64,000 bases of DNA from Zygnema circumcarinatum SAG 698-1b (GCA_037447605.1 CM074822.1:271492-335491); one strand, 5' to 3'; shown: positions 10,412 to 23,432, counted from the first letter of the stretch. Notes: generated from the sequence alone by a model not told the origin. A program made the numbers and translations.

Positions 10412-11665
10412 TTACATGCAGCTGAAAAAACTTGGCAATAAAAAGGTAATATTTAGCTTACTCGTGTGCTTAAACTTACATTCAGCAATTTGCAACTCCA
10501 CTCCGAATTTCTTCATGAACAAAGTGTCAGATGGCGCAAAAATTGTCCTCAGAGAGAGGCGTTTTTTACCAGCCTTCATAAGACTTCTGTATCGAGGTTT
10601 TAGTCTCTTGTCCAGGGAGAATAGGAGTGCCATAGGATACTTGACAATTTCCTCTTCACTATAGCCCATTTCAGACAAAATAAATTCTATCTTTGGCTTC
10701 ATTGTACCCCAAGAACTACCAAGAAGTAATGGGAATGCTTGCAGCAACTTCAAAGTTGCTTCCTTTCCAAACTGCTGGTTGAGCTGACCGTACGTATGCT
10801 GCATTGTTTCACATGAAACGAGAACATTTTGCGGGTGTGAAATCAGGAGCTTTTCCGTAATATCTTTCCCCAAAACCTCTTCCAGCCAAAGGATACTTTC
10901 TTCGAAGTGATGCCTATCCCTTAAAACGATGGTCGGAAAATTTAAAAGTAACTTCTCGGAGACCGAAGTCGAAAATGTAGACCTTACAGCATTCACACCA
11001 TCTCTGATCCTCTCCGAACCCAATGTAAACATCACCGGAAATCGCTCTAACATCGATCCTGAAACAAGCACCCCTAACTCCTCCCATAACTGCTTTTTAG
11101 CCTCAAGTGACTGCACTCGGTAACCGAGTATGCTTGGTAATTTGCTCACCAGCTTCCCTAAATCATGTAACTGAAAGGAATTCTGTAAAAACTTAAACAT
11201 TCTTTCATGCTTCTCATCCGATGCGAGAAGAAATTGGCCTTTCGGACTAGTTCGCTCTAAACCTTCACAGAAGTGGCTGGAATTGATCCCATATCTCTTA
11301 AACAGTGCTGCCTTTGGAAGAATGTGCTTTGCCTCTCTAAGAAGAAGTTCCTTTCTCGTCTCAACGAGCCGCCTTACTTTCTGCCTTGAGCATCCCAAGC
11401 TTAACAGATCTTCCTCTGCCTTTCTCAGCCTTTGAGTCAACTCAAAAACTCTCGCAACTGAAGGTGCTCTCACTTTGACCTTTTCTTCGAGCGGCAGAAT
11501 GGAGTCTCTTAGAGCTGCTTTCTCCCCTATCGTACTGTATCCATGGCGGAGATGTAAAGCGTGAGCGTAGGCCTGCAGTTCAACGGAAAGAAAGGTCCAT
11601 GGCAGCCGGTAGGGGCTTAAGTTGAACTCCTTTTGCCGTCTCCATGCTCCAAAGAAGTTCGCCAT
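10412..11665 (-). CDS. mTERF-family protein (organellar transcription termination factor family), intronless, 417 aa
   Basis: Repeated ~32-35 aa Leu/Pro motifs (LVSKLPSILGY, LLLNFPTIV, LLQAFPLLLG) and the typical C-terminal KPKIEFI..EMG..IVKYP..L.FSLDKRLKPRY. Confidence 0.9.
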   Translation of the reverse strand: MANFFGAWRRQKEFNLSPYRLPWTFLSVELQAYAHALHLRHGYSTIGEKAALRDSILPLEEKVKVRAPSVARVFELTQRLRKAEEDLLSLGCSRQKVRRLVETRKELLLREAKHILPKAALFKRYGINSSHFCEGLERTSPKGQFLLASDEKHERMFKFLQNSFQLHDLGKLVSKLPSILGYRVQSLEAKKQLWEELGVLVSGSMLERFPVMFTLGSERIRDGVNAVRSTFSTSVSEKLLLNFPTIVLRDRHHFEESILWLEEVLGKDITEKLLISHPQNVLVSCETMQHTYGQLNQQFGKEATLKLLQAFPLLLGSSWGTMKPKIEFILSEMGYSEEEIVKYPMALLFSLDKRLKPRYRSLMKAGKKRLSLRTIFAPSDTLFMKKFGVELQIAECKFKHTSKLNITFLLPSFFSCM

Positions 11666-12015
11666 GGCTGCAACGCGTAAGGTGTTCTGGTAATCCTAAC
11701 CCTAACTCTACTTCTGCCTGGAAACACTATTCATTTTCCATAAATAGTGCCCATTTTGTTTTTTAACTGGAATGAAAGTGCAGTGAACTCACGATGGCGA
11801 GGCCATCAAATGTACATGAACAGAAGCATGATGGGGAACCACGAGGAACTGGCCGCAAAGGACCTAAGCACAATAGAAAGAAGCTAAGAGCGGAAAACTA
11901 CGCCTAGGCGCACAACGCAGCCCCTTGAAGCAGCCGCGAAGGTCACTGTTGTGAGGCACATCGCGAGGAGGCAGTGGAAAGAAAGAAAGAAAAACCGACA
12001 GGGTCACCAATAATA

Positions 12016-12214
12016 GGGGGAGTCAGACCTTGACCATCGCCAAATCAATTTCGTAAGCCTGTCGGGCGAATTAAGCATTGGCTAGGTACGCATTTCGGTA
12101 CGGCTGTGTACGGCGGAGCCGCAGATCCCGACTCGGAATTCGTACACGATAGAAGTGACTTTTAGTATAAGGAATTCGGGAATTTCGTAAGCGATGGTCA
12201 AGGTCTGACTCCCC
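12016..12214 (-). mobile_element. MITE, second copy of the 711-915 family
   Basis: TIRs GGGG(G)AGTCAGACCTTGACCATCGC at both ends; interior is the reverse complement of 735-890 with several substitutions. Confidence 0.85.
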
Positions 12215-12747
12215 TAAATATAGGGGGGACAGGTCGAAGAAGCGTAAAAGCAAGGCAACGCTGAAGGGCAACAGAAATAAACTGTCGATAAGAGGTAACC
12301 ATGATATGGTGAACTAGATATATTCCGTATTATGTGCTTATAGCGACTTTGCGTACCTTTGGAGGCAAAGTGCTAGTTGGATATTCTACTATTTTATTGT
12401 ATGTAATAGCCCATCTGATGGTTCTCTCAGTGGCTTCACGCATTGTCATTTAGGGTTTTAAGGGTTTCAATCGATTGGCCAATATGTGGTCAGTGCACAG
12501 CCAAGGCGCAACATGAATGAGTTCTATGCAGAGACCGAAACTGAAACTAAAACTAAAACTAGAAATGGAACCTGTGCTTTTAGCAATCCCTTCTGTGCGT
12601 TCTATACAATGGTGCTTTCATGAAGTCAACAGTTCGAATTCGGAGTAAAGTGTCCCCCCTCCAAAGCAAAGCAAAGCAAAGCGAAATTCCTGAAATTTCG
12701 TACATACACTCTTCATATGACCCAGTCTGTGCAGAATCATCACAACC

Positions 12748-15700
12748 CTAATTTCTCTTCACTCTTTTTCTAGGCCCAGTATTCTCCTCAGAAGGAAGAC
12801 TCAATTTCTTAATCTCCCCTATTTTGTCAGTAGTTTCCTTCATCCCATCTTTTTTAGACAAATTTCTTGCAGTCTCCCTTTGTTTGGAATATGAACCAAC
12901 TTCTGCCAAATTTGAACCTTGTTTCTCAACAGAAGCAGATGCCATTTTTTCAATCTTGCCCTCGTTTCCATGTTCCTCCTCCTCAGTAATTCCTCCCTTT
13001 GAAGTGGTAGCGGCTACCCCCTTTGTACCCTCAATCTTCAATTTCTTCTTTTTCTTCAAGTCGTTTACAAGCTTGTTGACCAACATGACGTATCCATCAA
13101 TGTTGAATTTCCGCTTACATCCCGCGTAATTCATGTATCGTATTTTTCCAAAAACGGGTCTCTCCCCCCACCCCTGCTTGAACAAACCACCGAACAGAGA
13201 CTGAACAATGGTATCTCAAACAAAGCCAATTTTCAACACATTAACTAACCTCTTACCGCTTCAAAAACGTAGCCCTAATCCTCGCTTAACACCAGCCCGA
13301 ACGCTAACAGGACACCTCTCCCTCCCTTCCCCCTCCCCCCCTCCCCCCCTCCCTCCCCTCCCCTCCCTCCCTCCCTCCTCCCTCCTCCTCTCCCTCACTC
13401 CCTCCCTCCCTCCCTCCCTCTCCCTCCCTCTCCCTCCCTCCCCCTCCCCTCCCTCCCTCCCTCCCTCCCCTCCCCTCCCCTCCCTCCCTCCCTTCCCTCC
13501 CCTCCCTCCCCCTCCCCTCCCCCCTCCCCCTCCCCTCCCCCCTCCCCTCCCCTCCCTCCCTCCCTCCCCCCTCCCCACTCCCCCTCCCCTCCCCCTCCCT
13601 CCCCTCCCCTCCCCCCTCCCCCTCCCCCTCCCCCCCTCCCCCCTCCCCACTCCCCCTTCCCTCCCCCCTCCCCCTCCCCTCCCCCTCCCCCTCCCCCTCC
13701 CCTCCCCCCTCCCCCTCCCTCCCACTCCCTCCCTCCCCCCTCCCCCTCTCCCCCCCTCCCCTCCCCTCCCCCCTCCCCACTCCCCCTCCCCTCCCCCCTC
13801 CCCTCCCCCTCCCCCTCCCCCTCCCCCTCCCCTCCCCTCCCCCTCCCCACTCCCCTCCCCCTCCCCTCCCCCTCCCCTCCCCCACTCCCCTCCCCCCTCC
13901 CCCTCCCCTCCCCCTCCCCTCCCCCCTCCCCACTCCCCCTCCCCCTCCCCCTCCCTCCCCTCCCCCTTCCCCCTCCCCCTCCCCCCCTTCCCCCTCCCCC
14001 TCCCCACTCCCCCTCCCCTCCCCCCTCCCCCCCTCCCCCCTCCCCACTCCCCCTCCCCCCCTCCCCCTCCCTCCCCTCCCCCTCCCTCCCACTCCCCCTC
14101 CCCCTCCCCTTCCCCCTCCCCCCCTCCCCCTTCCCCCTCCCCCTCCCCCTTCCCCCTCCCCCTCCCCACTCCCCCTCCCCTCCCCCCTCCCCCTTCCCCC
14201 TCCCCCTCCCCCCCTTCCCCCTCCCCCCCTCCCCACTCCCCCTCCCCCTCCCCCTCCCCCTCCCCTCCCCCTTCCCCCTCCCCCTTCCCACTCCCCCTCC
14301 CCTCCCCCCTCCCCCTCCCCTCCCCCTTCCCCCTCCCCCTCCCCCTTCCCTCCCTTCCCCTCCCCTTCCCCCTCCCCCCTCCCCACTCCCCCTCCCCCTC
14401 CCCCTCCCCTCCCCCTCCCCCTCCCCTTCCCCCTTCCCCCTTCCCCCTCCCCCTCCCCCTTCCCCCTCCCCCTCCCCCTCCCCCTCCCTCTCCCCCCCCC
14501 CTAACCCTAACCCCTACTTTCTAACTCCTTACCGCGCTCACCTGATCGTGCACGCCGCAAATGGACCACATGCAGCCGACGTATCCGTTGGGGTCACGCC
14601 CGTCCAATTCGTACTACACAGTAAAACAAGGAAACAAAACAGATAAGAGAGAGCAGGAAAACGCAATCAGGGAGAGACAACAAATCCTGAGCCACGATTT
14701 TTCCTGAAAATATACGTGGTGACGACTGATTTGGCAAAAATAGGTGGTGAGATGGTGTGAGGATCGATGTCGATAGAAACTTAACCAAAATATCACCTCG
14801 CTCTTCCTCGCCCCTCCCCCCTTCCCTCGCCCTCGCTCCCTCTCCCTCTCCCACTGCATTTCCCACTCCTCACCCTCTCCCTCTGTCTCCCTCTTCACCC
14901 TCACTCCCTCTCCAGCTCCCTCTCTGTCTCCCACTTCCTCCCTCACTCCCTCTCCCACTCCCTCTCTGTCTCCCTCTTCCTCCCTCACTCCCTCTCCCAC
15001 TCCCTCTCTGTCTCTCTCTTCTTCCCTCACTCCCTCTCCCACTCCCTCTCTGTCTCCCTCTTCCTCCCTCCCTCCCTCTCCCACTCCCTCTCCCCAATGT
15101 CACCTTGTCATTCAGATAAATGGAAAACTCAAGGGCCTCTTCCGGGCTCTTCGTCCATTCCAGAATTTTCTTCGCCCAGTACATCCTGCGAACCCTCAAA
15201 AAATACCACCAAAAATTAATAAATCACTTACATGACGATTTGCTCTCAAAGCAGGTACAAAAGTTCTTAAGGCTGCTCGGAAACGGAACGTACCAAAAGA
15301 AACCAATCCCAAAAAAGAAACCAAAAAAAGAGAAGAATAAAGGACAAAGGGGGGCAAAAGACAACAAGTTAAAGTCATTGACGATAGCATATGAAGCATC
15401 AAAAACTCAATTTTTTAGTTTTTTTTATAGGAGAAATCAATCACCTCATGAATCCGTGCATCTTTCCAAGGTGGACCATCTCGTGTTGTGCCGCATTCCA
15501 AAGCTGCACAATTTTATTTTTCAAAAATGAAAATATTAGAGGTATGCTTTAGGCTCATAGTTGAAGGCTTCTGTTTGAGAATTGGGTTTGCTTGAATTGG
15601 GTTCGAGTTTACTTATTTTTTCCCGGTTCATCAAATTTGCGATTTATAATCAGGCATAGGGGTTGAGATTGAGAGACGGTGTTCATAGGGAGAGGGAGAA

Positions 15701-18472
15701 GACATGAAGCGAGAAAGAGAGAGAGAGAAAAAGAGAGAGAGCGAGAGAGAGAGAGAAGAGAGAGGGAGAGGATGAGAGAGTACTTCATCGTGAGTTTTCC
15801 CCTTCTCCAACTGCTCGAGCCTGCAAGAGAAACGGGCAGGAGAAAAAAATTGAGGTCCTGCCTAGAAAGATATAGAAATTCTTACTCGCACAGGAAGCAA
15901 GAAATCAGAAGACCAGTTATAGAGAACAAAGTGTGACAAGTGTCACATTTTGGAGCTTCCCAAGTTAGACCAACCAAGAATGGTGTGAAGATATCAAAAT
16001 CTCAGAGTTGTAAATGCAGTTTAAACATTAATCAAAATGCTTCCCCCTTCTCCTCCTCTCTCTCCCTCTCCTTTTCTCTTTCTCTCCTTCTCCTTCTCTC
16101 CTCCTCTCCCTCTCTTTCTCAAGTGTAAAGGTCCTCCCTCTCCTTCTCCTTTTCTCTTTCTCTCATTCTCCTTCTCCTCCTCTCCCTCTCCTTCTCACGT
16201 GTAAAGGCCCCTCCCTCTCCTTCTCCTTTTCTCTTTCTCTCCTTCTCCTTCTCTCCTCCTCTTCCTCTCCTTCTCACGTGTAAAGGTGCTCCCGTTTGTC
16301 CTTTGCGTGAAGCCGCAGAGTCGTCCTCGCCCACTCCCACGCTCCCTCCATCGAGTCATACTTTGGCTCATAGTTACAAAAATTCTCCGCCAGAGAGCTC
16401 CGTACAACAAGCTCCTCCAGAAAAGCATCCACTGCCTGCACATGGAACTGTTCAGTTTAGGTTTCGATGTTGAGAGTATTTGAGCTTTGCCAGTTTTAGG
16501 ATTGCAAGAAAAGAGGTTTGGATGGAGGAGAAGAGGGAGAAATCAGAGGTGAGGGAGAGAGAGAGCGAGAGAGAGAGAGAGAGGGAGGTCAGAGATTCCA
16601 TGGATACTTTGAAACATAGCCAAGGCTCCCTCTACTCTTCTGCCCTCCTCCTCTACCGCTTTCCTGCTATTCCCTACTACGGCGAAAAACCACTTTGTAG
16701 TTGCCCTCCCTACTTACTATGCATTAGGAGTGGCAACTTTACTCCTCCCCTCTTCTCTCTCCCCCTCCCTCCCTCCCTCTCCTCTTCCTCCCCCCCTCTC
16801 TTCTCTCCCCCTCCCTCNNNNNNNNNNGAGGGAGAACCATACGCCCCTCCAGGAATCCAGGAAGAGCTACTGTCTCAAAACAATGCACTCACTGTAAAAC
16901 ATCGGCGATAAGTTCACTCCAGTTTGGCGAAGCAGGACTTTCTCCTATCCACTCATTCTCTCCGACCGCAAGTTTAGGGTACTCCACCAAATACTCTCCG
17001 AGCTTACTGATAAAGACAAACAACAATCAACGTGAATTCAATATTGAACTTCAGCTTATACTCAATAGCGGTCAGGGCTATGGGTTAGCCCTACTTTTGA
17101 CAGCCTTAATTGAGACAAAACGGTCCAAGATGTCACCTATGAATTTTTCCTCGTATTGTACGTGCGGAATATTCCAGCTTATCTGAAGCTACCCACAACG
17201 GAACGGTGCTATGTGCGTCCACCTCGTGCACGGAAACTCCCTCTTTGATTTCAGCACATATCCCCTCGCGCCATATTCTACCAATTCGCAAAGGGGAGAA
17301 GTCCATCACCAATAGCGACGCGCCACATCGCTCCACAAATGATGAAATCGTCTCTTCTGCTTTTCCCTGCACAAAGTAAACTCCAATAAGTCGGAATGCC
17401 ATCGAAAGAATGGATTGTGGGAAAAGGGAGGGGGGAGGGGGGAGGCGGGAAAGGGGGAGGGGGAAGGGGAGGAAGGAGGGAGGGAGGAAAGGGGGGGAGG
17501 TGGGAAGGGGAGGGTGAAGGGGGAAGGTGGAGGGAAGGGAGGGAGGGAGGGAGGGAGGGAAGACAGGAGAGAAGGGGAAGGGGAGAAGGACAAGGATAGA
17601 AGGAGAGGGAGAGGAAGTGGGAGAGCGTGAAGGAGAGGGAGATGAAGAGGGAGTGTGAGAGTGAGAGGGAGAGGGAGACAGGGAGACGGCGAGAAAGAGG
17701 GAGACGAAGGGAAAGGGAGAGGGAGAGGCAGAGGCAGAATAGAGGGGCGAAAGGACAAATGCTTCAGCTCCCATTTCACCTCCTTTGCAAAGCAATGAAT
17801 CGTCCGAACATTCTCGCATTATTCAGGAAAGCCTTCGGCAACAAAAACTATTCTGAATGAAGGAAACTAAACTGACAGCTGTCGTACGTTCTGCACATGG
17901 AGCACACCTGAAATAGGAAGAAGGGAATGTTTTGCGCCCGCAGTATAGCTTCCACCTTTTGAAGTCCCCTCAGCATAAATCCAAAATGTCGCGCCTTTGC
18001 CCCCAAAAAGGAGCTCACGAGATTGAACGCAACAGCAACAGGTGCTCCCCTCTCTTTAGCCTGCAGAATAAGAACAATTCACATAGTTTAGAAAAAAGCT
18101 AATGCTGTCAGTCAGTTTATGCTGGTCTCTCCTCCGTTTGTTTCTCTTTCTCAGCTTTACTTCTCTCCTCTTCCCCATCTCCTCTCCCTCCTTAACCCTA
18201 AATTGCCTTACCTTCTCCGCAGCGTAGAGTAGTGCCCAATTGTCGCGCACACGCTGATCTCTCGACATCCAGTACACCACCGGCCCCTCCTTCCTCCCTC
18301 CCTCCTTCAGCACTCTCACTCTCCCCGGATTCACCTTCCCCTTTACCAACGCTCCTCCAGACCGATCCTCAAAGGCCTTGGCAGAAGCAGCCTCCCTCCG
18401 CTTCTCTGCAGCATCTTCCTGCGGTGTCTGCGCCTTCTTCACCTTCCCAGAACCTCCCTTAGGGGGAGCCAT
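12748..18472 (-). CDS. PHR1: Class II CPD photolyase, at least 11 exons, middle exon(s) missing in N gap
   Basis: Exons 18472-18212, 18060-17908, 17366-17137, 17006-16893, [gap 16818-16827], 16435-16278, 15820-15784, 15503-15445, 15185-15104, 14613-14542, 13173-12748; GT-AG and phase-consistent. Motifs [86 protein letters not shown]. The LSPYLHFGQ segment is not visible. Confidence 0.95.
13315..14500. repeat. ~1.2 kb homopyrimidine (CCCCCT/CCCT) tract inside the last photolyase intron
   Basis: Almost only C and T on the plus strand, between acceptor 13174 and donor 14541. Confidence 0.95.
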
Positions 18473-18576
18473 GGCTTGCAACGACCTTCCAGATTCAGGA
18501 AGATTTAGGGCTTGCAGTGCTTCAGGAGCTGAGAAGATGGGAGGGGGTGATTGCTGGCTAAGTTCCGGGAAGGTGC

Positions 18577-18582
18577 CACGTG
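18577..18582. promoter_or_regulatory. Palindromic G-box GCCACGTGGC ~105 bp upstream of the photolyase ATG
   Basis: Sequence seen directly. G-boxes are established bZIP/bHLH light-response elements, but function here is untested. Confidence 0.4.
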
Positions 18583-20161
18583 GCAGTGAGGTAGATGAGA
18601 GAGAGAGAGGGGCATGAATGGGAGTGACTTTAACGAGGAGGCAAGAGAGGGGTGCCGGTTGCGCAATGCAACCTCGCTTGGCGCCATGGCCTGCAGCAGT
18701 CCATATGAAAGGGAAGCAGGGGGGGGGACATGAGAAAGGAAGCTGCGGAGGACGAAAATGGCGGCCGAGGGGGAACAGGCGCAGGGCCGCCAGGGTTCAG
18801 GGTCCCCTGCTGCCTAAGAATTAGGGTTTGAGAGTTCAAACGATGAGGGGAGCAGGAGGGAAGAGAGAAGGGTCGACGAAGGCTGCTCCTTTCTGAACAA
18901 TAGTGAAGCACCGACCACCCACGACGCGCCACGTCTAATTTCGTACACGTGGCGTCCCCTCATTGGACGATGGTCAACCATAGTTCGAAAGGCCCCAAAG
19001 TATAGAGCCGGAGAGGGGGCGAACCGGAGAGGGGCTTTGGAACTGACTGTACCAAAATGTGCGTTGTATGAATATGTAATGGTGCACTTGTGCATATTGT
19101 ACAAACGTTGTACGGCACCAATAGAAATTGAGTATAGATGATGAAGGGATGGGATGCAGCTTGCACATACAAATGATGTTGCCAGTTGCATGTTTACATA
19201 GCTGTACGAATATGTATATAATCTCAACAAGCGGACACGTGTCGAGCAGCAAGGCGCCCACAGCAGTCACTTTTTGGAGGTTTTGCCACGTCGATCTTTT
19301 GTCGGTTTGGTACAGTGCCAGGTCAAGGTGCCACGTGGCGCGTTCTAGGACACACCGTGGCTGGAGAGACGACCAATTTACGGCTGCCGTGGAAGGGTGC
19401 CCAGATCCAATCCCAGCTCTCCTAGTGACATCTTGGATGACGTGACACGATTCTATATGGCCATGTCATCGATTTGTTGTGTGTCCGTATTACGTCCGCG
19501 TGGTTATGTGTCGACGTGGCCGACTCAGCACGTCCTATGGACGGTCCCTGATTGGCTAAACGCACATTTAAAGTTCTGAAATAAGTCAATCGCAGCTCGC
19601 CACGTGGCAACAAGCAGTGACATGGTGGGCTCTAATTGAGCCAGGTCGTCAAAGACTTCTTTTTCCGCTGTATACTTATCGACTCGGCCGAGTCAGCACG
19701 ACCTGTAGACGGTCCCTGATTGGCAGTGCACATTTTGTACGTACAGTTCTTGATTTGGGCTGTGCGCTTTTAGAATTTTTAGGGGCGTTACTGATTACAT
19801 GCTCCCACTGTCAGCGAGGCAAAAGTCCATAGCATCCTCATTTTACAGAAAAAAAATCAGCAGCAGCAACGATCTTTTTTTGCTATACTAATCGTGGAAA
19901 AATTCGTGAATGTTTTCTATGAACCAAGCTTCAAGCTATATGAGAGCACGCAAACTATCTACAAGATACTTTTCCTTACAAGGTTACTAACGGACCTCCC
20001 CCGACTCCTAATGCCGTTCTGAAGCTTCTTGCGAGAGATGAATGCAAGAGGTCTGAGCTTCATCATAGGATCAATGCAATTTTTTCATCTTCTTGTGTCA
20101 TGCTAAGAGACTCAACCACTACCTCCCACATCCCCTCCCTCTCCTACCTCTCCCATACTCT

Positions 20162-21941
20162 CTATGCCATGGTCACCACTACCTTCCCAGTCGCATGGCC
20201 CTCCTTGCTCCTCACCCATGCGTCTACGGCACTTCTGAACTCATGCCTGGAGTCAATGATCGTCTTCAGTTTCCCCTCCTTTGCAATAGCAGCCAAAAAC
20301 GTCAAGTCCTCTGCATTCGCCTTGCAAAAGAAGAGTTTCAACTTTTGCCCGAAGACGGGCAAGGCCGTAATCGCTGCCAACGCCGCTGATTTAAGACCCG
20401 GCAACAAACGTACGCACTTCCCATTGGCTGTCAGGACCTTCTGGATCGTCGTCCAAGAGGTGTCCCCGTTCACCGTGGCATCAAGAATGACATCGTAGAG
20501 CTTCCCCGAGGGGCTCTTCCACTCCGCCCCCTCCGGCGAGCGGTAGTCGAGCACTTCGTCCGCGCCGAGTTCCTTCACAAGAGCAAAGTTCCGCTCTGAA
20601 CATGTCGCCGTCACGTGCGCGCCGGCCAACTTGGCGATCTGCAAGTTAGCAATGTGAGGAAACTATCAGCAAAAGTAAATGACATCAAGTTTCTCGTAAA
20701 GAGTTAGCCGCACTTTCCAGCATGACGAACAACCAATCGCATGGTAAGGTATGTGAGTGCAAGTTTAGGGTCGTGCTATTGAAGCAGTCCAACACTTACT
20801 TGGACAGCGTAAGTGCCCACTCCTCCAGACGCTCCCGCGATGAGAATGTTCCCTTTGAAGCTGCCATCTACCTTGACTCCTCCACTGTTCCGGAGGGCCT
20901 GCAGGGCCGTAATAGCAGTCACTACAAAGCAGGCCGCACTTTCTGGAGGTACTTCACTCGGCCGTTTTGCTGCTACCTTGATGTTCAACGTTGTGTATTC
21001 CGCAAACGCGCCGGCATCCTGAACAAAACAAAGTGACAGTGCATTTTTTACCATACTACCTCAGTTGAATGGAGAGAGTAAGGGAAAATTAAGAGCAAGT
21101 CGATTGAAAAGCAGTTAAGAATTTAAAAAATGTCAGAGAGACGGATTAGAGTCGTACAGCCGCATCTCCAAAAACCTGATCGCCTACTGCAAAGCTCTTC
21201 TCTGTTCCAGGGCCGAGTGATACGACTTCTCCTGCTACATCAGTGCCTGCATAAAGACAAAACATGTTCGAAAGGAAAATGAATTTCGTTAGACAAGTAA
21301 GGTTTCACAGTATGACAGCTCTTAAGAACTGACTAATGGAAACCGATGTCTGTCTTTCCATGCAGCACGTACCTTTTCAGTCAAATCTACCCCGTAATGA
21401 ATGTCAACATCGCAGCATCATCCTTATAATTTGTTTTAGGATACACGTCTTACCAACCATCCATACCTGGAATAAACGGAAATTTGCTTGGTACGAAAGG
21501 CTTCAATAGCCCGTCCTGAATCTTCCAGTCGATAGGGTTCACGCTTAGCGCTTGTACCTTCACCAGAAGTTGGTTCGCCTTAGGAGTCGGCACTGCCTTG
21601 TTCTCCACTTTCTGTAAAACAACGCAAACGCAAAAGTAAGTCGCATTGTACTTCATTTCAAACATGCGGACTACTCGAAATACGGCTTCTCCACAAACAA
21701 AAATAAACAGAAAAGTGTCCTGTTTCCCGCTACCTGCATGCGAACAAAATGATGCATGTGGCAGCCATACCAAGTAATATTGATGAAGACTCTGCCTGAA
21801 CATCTTGCACTGCAGTCAGCACCAAACACGGCAATATTCTGGAATATATCTGTGCAACTGGCTCACCTTCAAGGCCTCAGGACCACCGCCATACTGTGAA
21901 TACTCCCATGCTTGCATGGTTCCAGGAACTTCTGTTGCCAT
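20162..21941 (-). CDS. CEQORH: Chloroplast envelope quinone oxidoreductase homolog (MDR family), paralog 1, 334 aa
   Basis: Exons 21941-21867, 21611-21467, 21246-21158, 21018-20800, 20638-20162. Motifs YGGG, SVNPIDWKIQ.G, GTDVAGEV, AGASGGVG, GADEVLDYRSPEG..KSPSG, GHATGKVV. Confidence 0.92.
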
Positions 21942-23432
21942 TTTTGCAGTCTTTAAAATCTAAGCAACAAGCAAACGATGGATGGATAGCTCCTCCTCCT
22001 CCCCTCTCCTCTCCTCTCCACCTCTTCCGCCTCCTCCTCTCCCTCTCCCTCTCCTCCTCTCCACTCCTTTCTCCCTCTCCCTCTCCCTCTCCCTCTCCCT
22101 CTCCCTCTCCCTCTCTCTCCTCCTTTCCGCGAAGCAGAGGACGACTGAGGAAGGCGGAGGGAAAGCAGTGCAGGCGTTCCTGGTTGCATGATGACGTCAG
22201 CTGCGTCAGCGCCTGCAGCCAAGCGTCCTGCAAACCCGGCGGCCTGTCGGCTCTAGGCAGGACTCCCGCGTCTCGACAAAAAGTCAAGACCTTTGCACGG
22301 AGCAATATCCAATGCCTGGTAACCACGTGTATATTTCAGATCCTAAAGAGAATCTATTTGCTGACATGGCAAGACTAGAATATGTCGACCAACTGAAGGA
22401 GTTCGGCCCATATAAACTGCTAGTCAGTCAAGTCACATTTTGGCACCCATTGTAGTCATAATCGGTTACGACTACTATCTGACTATTATTTTCAATCAGT
22501 CAAGTCACATCCTGGCGCCCATGTCAGTCACAATCTGTTACAACTACGATCTGACTGAACTTCAGTTTAGTTTGATCTCGTGAGCTACGGTCAACTAATC
22601 TCCAACAACATAACTAATCGAAAGGACGCAACGTCATTGGGCCGCAAATTGCGCCAAAATAGAAGACGCCAGTCCAGCCTATAACCAATCATGGACTGCC
22701 ACGTGGACCAAGCCAAAAGGAGCCGATCAATCCCATAGGTTCTTGGAGAACCGTTTATTACACGGTCCGCCACCGTTGCAGTCGGGTTCGGGTGCCACGT
22801 GTCGCCAATTGACGCGAGAAACGACAAAATTTCCCGCCCGAAAATTCAGGTGGCATATCGTACGGACAGTCGGTTTGAGTTTTTGAAGCCTTACGGTAGA
22901 CACGTGACGCGTTCTGATTGGTCCTCGTGGTTCATTGTCCTTTCCGTGTAATGTCCCCTTCTTGAAACTTGCCTCCACAAAAATCTCTTCGAAAAGGCGC
23001 CAGTGAACAACAGCCAAGTGGCATAAAATATTTCTGGGACAACAGGGAAGGACACGTGGCGGCTTCTTATTGGAAGGGGTCGTAGAGGACCCCGAGTTAA
23101 GAAAGAGCCAAAGAGAGAGCCAAAAGTTTGGGGCACAATTTGCAGCACATGAAGGGAACCACGAACCATGTTCCATGTTTGAACCATGAGCCATATTTGA
23201 ACAACAACAACAACAACAACAACATAGAAAAGGAACCAACCGCTCACAGAGGAGGTTCTGAGGAGAATAGGATTGGCATTGATCCCACACATGGCAATGG
23301 CATAAAATATGCATACAAAACAACAACAACAACAACATGGAGACCCTCATTGTTCACATATAGACATTGAAGTACAAGCTATACAAAAGAAGAGGGCAGG
23401 CGCCAAGTGCAGCAGCTCCCTCAAACCTGCTC

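Noticed and set aside
13208-14524. Extensin-like Pro-rich and Gly-rich ORFs on both strands
   Set aside because: They lie inside a photolyase intron bounded by conserved exons; open frames follow from C/T-only composition.
17367-17819. N-terminal low-complexity half of the 228-aa ORF
   Set aside because: Intron 2 of the photolyase; true exon starts at 17366.
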